Below, one piece after another: positions 1 to 10,915 of a stretch of 64,000 nt of DNA. Origin of the DNA: Amphiscolops sp. MND2022 (Eukaryota); NCBI GenBank assembly GCA_964187785.1, contig OZ076421.1:52452001-52516000 (forward strand). Reading direction: 5' to 3'. Under the pieces are notes generated by a model, which ran no database searches, was not told the DNA's origin, and saw only the letters and a list, made by a program, of their open reading frames with translations. The translations under genes were made by a program, and so were the position numbers. Within the stretch, counting starts at the first letter, position 1; each line of letters starts with the position of its first letter.

Positions 1-2285
1 ATACCAATGGGGACTTCTAGTTGTCCACTTGCCACCATAATTTGAAAGTTTGGTGGGGGACCAGTTTCTTTGATTGCTTCATTTGCTAGCAACTTTACTT
101 TATTAAGGTCTTGCTCGGAGATTGCACTTGTAAGGGCTCCGGTATCAATAAGACCATCGAGTGTAAGCTTTTCGAAGTCCATTGGAATGTAGTACATGTG
201 GCGTTTTCGTTTCAAAGTCAAGGAGGTTGAAATTGGAAGGTATGACAAGTTTCGTTCCTTGTCAAATTGTATATGTTCAGTGAGATCTTCATTCAAAAGA
301 GGTTGTTTTTCATCATGGCAAGAAGTTTTTATTGTTACGTGGTGTTTTTTTGTGTTTTGGGTTTCTGAGTTTGATTCAGTTTTAGGGTTGTTTGGTTGTT
401 GGGAGAAGTAGTTGTCTGGTGCATCGTGGAGGAGTTCGTATATGTCTTCAGGTTGAGTTTCGTGTGTTGAGTGTTGAAGGTTTTGTGTTGTTGAATCATC
501 TTTAATGTCTATAGTTTTTGTAGGTTTAGGGCTCGGCTGATGCTGCCAGACATCTGCAGAGTTTGATTTTTGTAGTGATTGTTTGGAAAGGCGTGGCGAT
601 TCTAGTTTAAATCCTTCGAGGAGGATTGTTGTGGGCGTTCAATGTTTGGTTTTATTGGTTTTTGAGCTTGTTTGTATGCTTCAATAATCTTTTGTTGGGC
701 TTCTGTAAGATTCCACTTTGGTGGTCGGTTAACCATGTTGGCGCCGAAGTAGCAATTTTCTTCCTCATGACCTGGTGTGTTGCAGTTTGCACATTTTGCT
801 GCATCTGGGTCTTCTTCGAGTTCTCGTCGTTTTGCTAGCTTGGGGCAATCGGCCATCATGTGGCCTGTCTCTTTGCTAAAACGGCATTGGTTGTTTTTGA
901 GTGTTTTGTCGGGTACTGTTTTAGGCGTTTGTTTCGTTTTTTCATTTGGTTTTTTGTTAGTTTTCTCAGTGTTTTGTTCTTTTTTGTAACGGTCATTTGG
1001 GTTTTAACTATGGGTTCGTCTGCTTCGAGACCGTTAAGTTCCATCTCTCTTTCGAGGTGTTTAACTATCTGGCCGTATGTCCCATTTTCAAGGTAGGCTT
1101 GATTTATGGACTTCTTGAGATGTGGGGTCATTTTCGCATAGAGTAGATTCTCTATCATTTGTTAGGCGTTGTCCCCAAACGCTTTCTCGGCACTTTCTTG
1201 GAGTTTTTCGAGGAAATCCAGGAGTTGTTGATTCTCTGGGTCAAATGAGAGTCTGTTGAACCTGTGCTTGGCAGATGCGCTAGACTCTGGTTTGACGTAT
1301 TTTCTGCGAAAGACGTTTAGAATATCCTCTAAGGTTGTATTTGGGATTCTTTGTATGTTTTTAAATGTTTTGAGAGCCAAACCCCTTAGATGTGCGTGAA
1401 AATGGTTGATCTTCATTTCATCTTCTTTCATTCTGTTAAGTTTGGTTGCATTCGGAGTGTTGTGTGAAATAAGTCTTCAAAGTATTCAAATTTCTCATTT
1501 TTCTCATTTTTCCCATTGAAGGTGAGTGTGTTTTTAGGATGAAATAAAGACTGTGGAGAATTTTTGTTTGCCAGTTTTTCTATTGCTAATGCAATCTGAT
1601 TCACTGGATCGAGAGGCTTTGTTGTCAAATTTGACGAAATTTGGTCTGCGCGGGATCCTATTGTGTCGTTTAGTTTTTGTGAGCTTTGTCTATGGAGTTG
1701 TCGGTTGGCTCCTGTCACCATGTGATACTCCTCTACTTCTTCTGCGTCAGATTCTTCGTCAGAATGTATTGTTATGTCTACATCAGATTCACACCGAAAC
1801 AAAGGTTTCGCAGGATGTTTGAGATCTTTCATTTTAGAGGCTCTAAGAGGATAGTCGTCGTTTTCGGAATCTGAAGTTTCATTATTAGATGCGCGAACTC
1901 CTATAGGCGTGTCTATCCTGGATCCCGATGGTTGTGGTTCCTGTATTTCATTTATATCAGTTCTTGGGTTTGTTGTTGTTGAAGCACTCTTATTATATTT
2001 TATCTCTTTCAGGATTGCCTCTAGTTTATTGTCCATTTCTTCTCTCATTTTCTCTATTCTTTCTGTATTTTTTCGTGTCCAAACTTGTATCTCATCACTG
2101 ATTTGACTAGGTTCTCTTAGTCGATTTTCCAAATTCATTTCACCTATACTTTCTTGAACATTCAAGTTAGAATTAGTTGAAGTTATATTACCTGTTTTTG
2201 GAGAATCAACTCTAGTTTCGTTCACTTCTCTCTCAGAAGATGGGGTTGCCAGTCTCCTTGATCTCCGGTTTCTCTTATTTCCCAT
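1..2285 (-). mobile_element. 5' part of a Ty3/Gypsy LTR retrotransposon (related family B): LTR-encoded Gag start, PBS, gag, -1 frameshift site, protease; runs off the left edge
   Basis: Gag fragments 1428-2285, 1162-1431, 856-1158 and 602-859 include the zinc knuckle CANCNTPGHEEENC. The aspartic protease motif LIDTGA lies near 135-155. PBS TGGTGACAGGAG at 1709-1720 abuts an LTR end (..TATCACA at 1721). The far LTR boundary was not located. Confidence 0.9.
602..2285 (-). pseudogene. gag: gag of Gypsy family B (stops/frameshifts)
   Basis: Collinear with family A Gag (TFNGKNEKNEKFEYFEDLFHTTL vs TFDGKTDKFEHFEDLFQTSL; QIVKHLEREMELNGL vs TMVQHLEREIELNGL). Ends in slippery heptamer TTTAAAC (605-611) followed by TAG. 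Confidence 0.88.
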
Positions 2286-2699
2286 TTCTCTTAGAGGAAA
2301 ACGAGTTTTATTTGCTGGGGAAGAATTTGAATTGTATTTTCAGTATGGAAATTCCAAACTTGGAGAAAACGATGAAAGCATTAAAAGTATCGGCAAAAGT
2401 ATGAACGAATTGATGCAACTGTACTTCAGAGGGGTTATTTCAATTGTGTCCTGCTTTTAGAAAATATCCTTTTCAAAAATATAAAAGAATGACAATCATT
2501 TTTACAAGCATCATGTAGTCCTGGGAAAACCCAAAAATAGGATAACGTCAGATCACGTAATTCTATTTATATCACTCCCATAATGACACACGTATGTCTA
2601 ATCGGTCGTAAGACCCTAGAGAAATACTGTAAAATGATATATTAAACACCACAAATGCAATTTGATGATGTATACTTTCATAGCGTTCAAAAACTGCAC

Positions 2700-3120
2700 T
2701 TTTAGCTGAAAAACGTATAATTCCACATATGCGATGGACCTGAAACCGTAAGATGACGTATAGTACACGTGAACATTTCCATCACGTTCGGATAGTAATG
2801 CATATACAGCACAATTCAATCCGCATGGTAATTTGATGAAAAACGTATGTTGATGCATATACGGCACTTCTAGAACCGTATAGTGATGCATATTATAAGC
2901 TATAAAAAGGTATGTCACCGCATACTCTAATATTTTAAAAACGTATTTTAATGCTTATTCAGAAAACGTATAATGACGCATACTCAAAAATCATTTCATG
3001 CATAGTGACGTATATTCGAAAAGTCATTTTACGTATGATGACGCATCTTTAATAATCGAAAAGCGTTTAACAACGCTCATTCACCGTCCTGATTTCAGCA
3101 TAATGACGTATAATGGAAAA
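2700..3120. repeat. degenerate ~30-bp tandem repeat (consensus approx. AAAACGTATAATGACGCATAC)
   Basis: The motif recurs near 2710, 2750, 2795, 2841, 2876, 2907, 2938, 2963, 2998, 3030 and 3099. Confidence 0.65.
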
Positions 3121-4054
3121 ATAAAAATAGCAGGTTGATCATGCTTATGTGAATTTTATGCACATGTGTTGTTTGTGAAAGTGATTCAAAGAAGTCAAGC
3201 ATCATTCATGGACTTAAAGAGTAGTCTAAAGAGATTTTCATCAAAAGAAACAAACAAATAGTTTACATGACGATGTGAAAATATCATCAAAAATGAGTTT
3301 TAAAAGGGTTTGAAGTGTTTTATTATTGAGTCTCTTCAGCAGTTCCTTTTCACTGTTGCACTACGGAACCATCGCATCTTGACGGATACGACAATCAATA
3401 AATTCTTTGATATCATCTCATGCATTTACATCATTCGTGAATTTTTCCCTTATCACAGCTGTTTTCATTGGAAAAACTCGTTCCTTGATTTTTATGTTGT
3501 GAAACTCAGTAAAGAAAAATGCTTATGTTCTCTGTTTCACTTTTTTAGTCGGAGAAAAATGTTATTTACTTTTATACCTTTGATAAATTGCTGTTTTTTG
3601 ATGATTTACTCTTGAAAATGCTTATTTTTAACAGTTTCCTTAACGGTCAGGATTGGGATTTCGTATACACGTTTAGTATCAAAGACCGTCTTCGCCGGTT
3701 TCGACACACGTAGCACATTAGCAAGTTCTTAACTTCTTGCTTTCAGAGCCTAGTAGCAATGCATCAGTCTCAACATACTGAGAATCATACAACGGACATG
3801 TAAAATTTTGGTACCCCTCTGTTAGTCTAGGTCTCGTGGTCTAAAGGAAAAACAGAACTTCACGACAAAACCCGTAACTATTTAATTTTTAAAGTCTCCG
3901 ATTGAAGAACATCGGATGGAATAAAACTGTTCCTGGTTCCATGGGTTTTCCAGATCTACAGTTTTTACTTGGCTATTGCTGGTCATGAAACTCCCGTTCT
4001 GCTTCTTTTGTCAAAATGATTCTGAAGTTTTTCCAGTAGATCAATGACACCCTC

Positions 4055-5981
4055 TGTGTTGACTGACTTCTTGGCGGAATGCGTTTAATTCGGCGGGATT
4101 AGGTTCCAGAACTACGTTCTCAAGGTTCATTCCGTTAGGACTCGGACTCGTATCATAGGACGTTCCGTCTGTCAACGAGTCTATTTTGGAAGTCAGGTTT
4201 TCTATCATTTTCAGGATTTCACGCTGACCTGTCTCGGTGTCCTTGATCCTTTTACTCATTGACTTTTCAATTTTCTCTGACAAGTCTGCGAAGTCCTTAT
4301 CGGAAATGCTGGGGACGTTTTCTGTCCTCATGCTTGAACACTCAGGTTCGCCTACAGAGCTGGAAATCGAATCGCGTCGGGCTTTCCTCTTAGAGCTTCG
4401 TTCTGGCATGCTGTTTAAGCAAAATCTCGAAATCTTCTTAGGAATAACTCAAGTACTTTCGATGAACAAAGAAATTGCGGGGCGCAAAATTCAATTAGCG
4501 TTTAATTAGAAAGTGTTTAATTCGCGACAAAACAAAATATTCAACTAAAAATGGCTTCCAAATTCCAACATATTTATACTTTTCCTCGGGGAAGCGGGGA
4601 ATTAGTGCAACAGTATTTCACAACTTGTTCAGCCAGGAGTCCATCCCAGGCAGGGAAACCGGAAGTTCAGTTCCGCTTTGTCGAACTCAGACCTTCAGTT
4701 TGTTCATGCTTTCCGAGGAAAGCACGCGTCCACTTCCTGTCTGAGTTGCGACTCCGCTTCCCTTCGCCTCCAATTTCCCGCCTTTTCAAGACGCCGAGGC
4801 TGAACTTGACAAAGACAAAGGCAATGAATCATCGAAGATACTGCAAATTGAATATGAAAATTGGGGAAAATGATGACAATCAATATTTATAAAATTTTTC
4901 CCGAATCAATAAAATAGCATCGTTCTGGCTTCAGATTAACAAAATCCCACACTGGAATATGAATGGATAGGCTGGACTGCTTATGCGGTGTTTACAGAGC
5001 TGATTTGACTGAAAACTGCAAAGCTTTCGCCCCAGGCTATGGTCCGGGACGGACAAAATTTACTTGGGGAAAAAGGAATAAATACTAGTGACGAATATTG
5101 TGACAACATCGTTTTGGAATATGGTTAACAAATTAACGGTAACAGGTTCAAGGAATAGGATGTACATGTTATTAATGCACTTGATTATTAATTAACATTA
5201 GGTCTTGAGCCCAGGCTGTGGTCCAGGCTTGTTCATTAATTTATCACAACTTACCTGCAAAACATTATATGTAATATTTAAACGGCTGTAATATTGATGA
5301 TCACACTCTATAAACTCCAGATTCATTCCTGAACAAGATTACATGGCAACATTAACATTTTCACTTTTATGATCAACTTTGGAACATGTTTATTTTCAGG
5401 CCGTATCCCAGGCCGCAGTTCGTAGTACTCTATGCAATCAGTACAAAATATCTATTATTAGATCAATTGCACTCATATCGTCATTGGTTACTGCAGATGG
5501 TATTAGAATGCTTACATGTATTTGCTAACACATTTAATTCTATTGCGCTGTGCTTAGCAGCATGATTTGTTCTCAGGCCGCTTGCCAGGCCGGCGCTTTA
5601 CAGACTGAATTTGAGGCCGGCTGCCAGGCCGCAGTCCCGCTATAGAATTATTTGGCCGCTCGTTATGCGGTGTGGTTCGCGTGTTATTAACTGTAGCACT
5701 GTGTTATCATTATTATTAACTGCACTATATCTCCGTAATGCTGTAAGTACGTATGTATGTAAATGTACATAATTATATATAACCACTAATATGTATGTAT
5801 TTATTTAATCAATTATTTCACATTTTATATTATTTAGCGCCATTGTCTCAGTTCGTATGGATTTGGCTGATTGTTTGTTGATTGTTTATTTTCGTTTTCT
5901 CCTTCGTCCATTTCCTAATTCATTCTCCAAAGACTGGGTTGGATTTGCTGCAGAATTCACAGCTCAAGTGGGGCTGTGACA
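4055..5981 (-). repeat. 3' LTR of element 1 (1927 bp)
   Basis: Minus strand begins TGTCACAG and ends GTCAACACA. Nearly identical to 17387-18704 plus 34009-34615. Confidence 0.96.
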
Positions 5982-6000
5982 GTCCTCGGCTTCTTTGCCC
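5982..6000 (-). other. polypurine tract (PPT) of element 1
   Basis: GGGCAAAGAAGCCGAGGAC lies immediately before the TG of the 3' LTR. The equivalent sequence is at 20636-20655 in element 2. Confidence 0.7.
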
Positions 6001-6003
6001 AGT

Positions 6004-6453
6004 TCACTCAGGGAGAAGAAATTGGGAAATGGATCGTATTGGGGTGTCAAACAGGGTAGGGAGATCATCTCTCATTGAGTCATACGATCGCCATGAAGAG
6101 CTGCTTGCCCAGCTGCTGCCTGACCAGTAGCCTTCTGAGCTGCTGTCGGTCTCACTGATCGGGCTCATAAATACATCATCCGGGATGACGGGATTTTCAG
6201 TCGTAAAGCGGCGTATAACTCTGTTCTCGTCTTCATTGTTAATTGTCTGCGGCGTTTGATTGTCATGAACCAAGACAATATGATGATCTTCTGTTTTGAT
6301 AATTTCGTAAGTAATAGGGCGGCCTACAGGATTAATTAACCGGTAATTAGGCGGCGGTGTAGTAGGCCGCTGTCTTGACTGCTGCTGTTGTTGATCCCGG
6401 TCCAGAATGAAAACGTCTTCATTTGTTTGATCGTTTAGCTGCGAGTGACTCAT
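6004..6453 (-). CDS. orphan sense ORF3 (149 aa) in the env position of element 1
   Basis: Open in both elements (20574-21107), with synonymous third-position differences such as AAT/AAC, GAA/GAG, GAC/GAT and ACC/ACT. No signal peptide or TM segment. Confidence 0.6.
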   Translation of the reverse strand: MSHSQLNDQTNEDVFILDRDQQQQQSRQRPTTPPPNYRLINPVGRPITYEIIKTEDHHIVLVHDNQTPQTINNEDENRVIRRFTTENPVIPDDVFMSPISETDSSSEGYWSGSSWASSSSWRSYDSMRDDLPTLFDTPIRSISQFLLPE

Positions 6454-6670
6454 TATAATAGCGAACTGATTAGCAGTGAATTCGCAATATGACTGATTTC
6501 CTTCACTTGGAAAGTTTGCTCACATGGTTTGTGTGATCTCCATGAATTGTTCAGCTGGCAGACTGAACAATTCTCCTTATATAGCAGATAACTTTAAAAT
6601 GTTACTAATCCATGGTTTTACGCCACGTCTTCTGTTATTGTATAGCGATTGTTATTTCAGACTTTTGAAC

Positions 6671-9600
6671 ATGTGTTCCACAGAGGAAGATGATGTCCTT
6701 TTTCGTCGAGGTGGAGAGTTATTGGAAGGTGAAGTTGAAGCTGAGTCTGTTGTTGAGTCTGTGGTCCGTGGGGAGAAAGATGAGAGTGGCAGAGGTAGTG
6801 TTGACGAAAAATGAGTTGTGAGCGGGGCTGCAGTTTCAAATTTGCCTGGTTTCGGTGAGAAGGACTCCAGTGACAGCATGGATGATGATGACATTGACAG
6901 TTGTGCAAAGACGGGCTCTTTCCATTCCGCTACCAGCGAAGATCGTCATGAATTGGATTTCTTAGCAAACAAACAAGGTAAACTTTTCTAGGAATTAATA
7001 GGTGGCCAGCCTTTCCTAGGTTTCTGTGAACGCGTTCTTTTGACTTCTACTTTCATAGTGAGTGACGATGGTCAAGATGAGGACTATGTCCCTTCGTCGC
7101 GGACGAGGTCGCTACTCAAGAAAAAGCGCCGTGCTAGTCGTGTGTTATCGACAGGGAGTGTCCAGCCAGCTCGTCGAGTGCGTTTAGCTGACGTTATACC
7201 TGGGAATGTGCCCAGGCCTCCGACCCTCCAGGACAGTCATGGGGAAGATTTCGAGCCCCCCATCATTTCTGCGTCACGCACACTTGAAAGTAGGTATTCT
7301 TTGTCTTCTTGCTACATGTAGGGGTAGGTGTCCATAGTTGGGGGTGAACTTACTCCCCCTTTCATGAATGGTGTTTGCTGTATTTCCAGTTGCTGATCCC
7401 GAGTCCGGGCCGGGATTGGAGTCTTCTGCTGCAAGTGACGTCTTTGTGTGCGATCAGGCTGTGGATTCGCCTGCTGTAGAGAGTGAGGTCACTTCCTTGT
7501 TGCCCGATGATCCTGGACGGCTTTCGCGGACTCAGCACGGTCGTGATGCGGTTGGAGTGGAGCCATCAGTCGTTTACAATGACTGGGAAAGAGGTATGTA
7601 ATTGTTTTTGGTTGTTTTCTTTTATCTGCAGTGTATAATTGGGTTGGGTTTTCTATTTGCTTTCTTTCTTTACTGCCTGGGCTGATGTTCTTGATGTGTA
7701 TCGGTGTTATGCCTTGTTGTTCTTGTTTAGTGGGCCTGAAGTCTGCTGCTCCTGGGTCTCCCATGGTAATGTCAGCTGCCCAGAGCGTGTTGCTTGCCCG
7801 GAGCGCTGCCCGAGCCGAGCGTACTGAGACTTTGAAAGAGACGAAGACTTTAGCCCGACGTAAGGTACTATTTGCATCCTTCCCTCTTTGTGTTTGTCTA
7901 GATGGTTTGTTCGATTGTTCTTGATTGTCCTTGTGTTACACTGTTTCTGTTAGTTCGTTGTGTTTTCCACCGTACATTTTTGTGAAGTCCATATGCTGTG
8001 TTGTGTTTAGAGTTTGAGGAGTTGTCTCAGTTGTTAGAGCGAAAAGGGATTGACGCTAGTGACCCTGGTCGTGTCGTGGATCCCCTGGAAGCCAAAAAGG
8101 AGAGGCTGTTGGCTCGAGATGAGGAGCGGGCTAAAAAACAAACAGAGCGGCATGTTCTGACGGAAGCGATGAGTAATCATCCCATCCCCAGGCTGTTCGT
8201 GAGCCGCAGAAATGATTTGCCACAAAGACGTGTCGTTTCTGTCGCGGGGTCCTCGTGGTATTTGGAGGCATTTCAAATGCAAAAGTCACTACCAGAAAGA
8301 TCGGCGTTACCGGTACGATCACGAAGACATGATTTTCACTGAAAAGTTTGACGCTGTACCAGTGGCTGACTTGTCAGCTGAGTTGTGGGAAGAAATTGAG
8401 GCTACGCCCCCTGTTATCCTTGGCAAGATGAACAAATTTGCCAAGGACCAGGTGGATGCATTGGTTGGCGTTCCGTCCAATATTTCCCCCACGACGCTCG
8501 TTGGCTGCTTGTTCGAGCTTTTGAGGAGTGGTGGCTCGCAAGGCTTTCTTCGGCGTTTGTGGAACCAGTTTCGAACCACTCTGCCTGTGGAAAGTCCTTA
8601 TGCCTCAGCTTCATGGAGTAAAACCGAGACTCTTGTGGTTCTGGTCCAGACGTTATATCCTCGGGTGCTTCGTCGCTTGAAGTCACGGCTGGGAGACAGT
8701 CCCTTTAGTTTGTCGATACAGACTTCACATTCCGGTGTGCGGTGTATCGTCCGTTGCTGTCCCGATGACTCTTTGCGTGAAATATGTCTCGTGGATGAGG
8801 ATCATGGAGCGACACCTTGTGAGGCTGAAATGCAGTGTTTGTCCCGGGTCCTATCCTTGGTCTCAACTGATAGAGGGCCTGTTGTCATCCAGGGTTGTCC
8901 GCCAATCCTGTTCAATGCGTATACTGACTGGTGCCAAGTTGTTGGTCGTCCTGTGCCCCTCGTTGCAGTTGTGTTTGATGAAGATTATTTGCGGCGTCTG
9001 ATCCATGTGGCCAGTTTTATGGGTGTGGGATCGGTGGATCCATTTTCAACTGTTGATCACTTGGCCCGGCGTCTAAGGAGATTTCGTCATCAAAATTGGT
9101 TGTTGCAGTTGCCCCGTTTTCGCTTGTGTCTTGAGTCTGGTGTTGTGCCCGTCGCATCCTTGTGTGATGTTCTACAGGAGCTGATAGATAATTGGGCTGA
9201 CATCAAACTGTGTCTTTCGAATGATGTCTTGCTGATGAAGAAGAGCGTCAATGTGGTTGATTTGGATTCCCTCTTATGTTCGGATCGTCTGGGATTGCCT
9301 CGTCTAGCCCTCTTGCATGTCGTGTTGGTTTGTTTTCGTGCCAATTGTGAGAAACTATTTGATTCTGTCGTCAGGGATTATGCCTGTAGGAGCTTTACAG
9401 ATTGCTGTTTCTTCTATTGGAGTCTGTTGAGCAAGGTAAAGAAACTGAGTCAGTTGCCCTCCATAGATAATTGGTTTGACTATATAGATATGCCTCTGAA
9501 TAGCTGGGCCAGTGTCGCTGCGGCAGAATGTCTTCAGAGTTAGCCGTGCATCATGAAGGCCATGCGGGGGTTCGAGGATGCGCCCCGGCGCTCTTTCCTG

Positions 9601-10415
9601 CGCGAGTGTCAGGGCTATCGGTTAGAGCTTCTGAAACTGCTTGGTGCGTCTTCTTTCATCTAATCACGGGTTGCCCGATCGCTCAGTTGTTTGAGCATCG
9701 ACATGCTTCTTGGAGGAGATGCCGATTACGTTTCGGAGCTGTTCCAGGACCTCGGTTCTTGCTTTCATGAGGCTGGGTATGTGAATGACGTGGATCGCGA
9801 GGCTGCTGTGAATGAGTTCAAATCACTACTTGTGGATCTGCGGCGACAGTCTGTTGATCATTCTCAGGTGTTAGACGTGTTCCAGTATTTGGAGTCAAAA
9901 GACAGCTTTCAGTGCCGTACCAATGCCAAACGGGTGATTCGTTTGGTTCGTGCAATCGTGTGCCCGGCTCCAAAGGATATGCCAGCTGTGGATATTTCTG
10001 TGAGTGGGACTCAGTAACCTCCTGCTACTATTCGTTCGGGACTTAATTGCGTACAATCTTTTGTGCTTCACCCGAAATTCGTGTCCAGTGATTTGTTGAC
10101 TGTTGAGTGTCTGGAGGAGCTAAAGAGTAACATGCCTGTGGGTCATCAGTTTTTGTCTTGTGGGATTTTGATCCTATCAGTGTTGTGAGTCGCCACCCCA
10201 GTGCTGATATTTACTCGAGTTTGTTGCGATGTTATACTGCGTACTATACTGGGCAGGTGGAGTCTTGGAGGGCTCGGATGGGTGGAGCGTCAACATCAGC
10301 TTCAAAGGCTGCTCCTACAGCTGGTACGTCTGAGGCTGAATGTTCTGGTTCCGGTGTTTCTTCACAGACGAAGAAGAGTTCTATAGGCTCCAAGCGACAT
10401 GGGAAGTCGCTTTAA
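6671..10415 (+). pseudogene. antisense multi-exon cargo gene of element 1 (zinc finger + hAT-transposase-like), disabled
   Basis: Coding exons 6671-6977, 7059-7289, 7390-7593, 7731-7859 and 8011-~10415, all introns GT..AG phase 1. Lesions: TGA at 6812-6814, ~29-bp deletion near 8215 removing the first Cys of the CxxC, and stops at 9541, 9660 and 10015. Confidence 0.88.
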
Positions 10416-10915
10416 AACTGAACATTATTCTAAAATTTTGACTCGTATTTTGTTTGTATATATTTTGTTGTTGTTATTGTATTTACCAGACTCTTCGCGT
10501 CTGGTGCATTGGAATGTTCTTGAAAAGAAAAGGAAAAAAAATGAAGTCGAGAGACGAGAAAATGCCCCAATTTGAGAGAGGGAAAAAACTCGGGGCTGGC
10601 TCAATGTCCATTGTGTCTTTCAATTTAGCGTTTAGCCTCTGCATCGTTTTCATTAAAGTTGTAGAGTAGAGTATAGTGAGAGATCGCTCGTAGATTGAGG
10701 AGATATAAAGTGAACATGTATAACAGCCGTCCCGTTCTTAGTTTAAGGCGTGTTCGGTTATCTGGTCTCAGGCCACTGCCTGGGCTGGGGTTTGCCATAA
10801 TCCGTTTCTGGGTCATTGGCTGGGCCGTCATTCCAATGTATACTGTTATTCCTCAAATCCGTGTCGTAGTTGGGTGGGTGGGTTAGTAGGAGAGACGATG
10901 ATCCTTCTTGGATGA

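Noticed and set aside
3150-3620. Possible Polinton-type coding remnant on the minus strand
   Set aside because: No diagnostic motif could be recognised among the stops.
4038-4054. Target-site preference: GATCAAT/ATTGATC inverted repeat around the element 1 site and TGATCA near both insertion sites
   Set aside because: The motif is in a different register at the two sites, and two events cannot establish a preference.
4551-4892. 113-121-aa plus-strand ORF in the LTR (MASKFQHIYT..)
   Set aside because: It is broken by frame differences in subtype b LTRs (19163-19396 and 32517-32750) and has no recognisable domain.
6004-6453. ORF3 as an env gene
   Set aside because: Too short, with no signal peptide, cleavage site or transmembrane helix.
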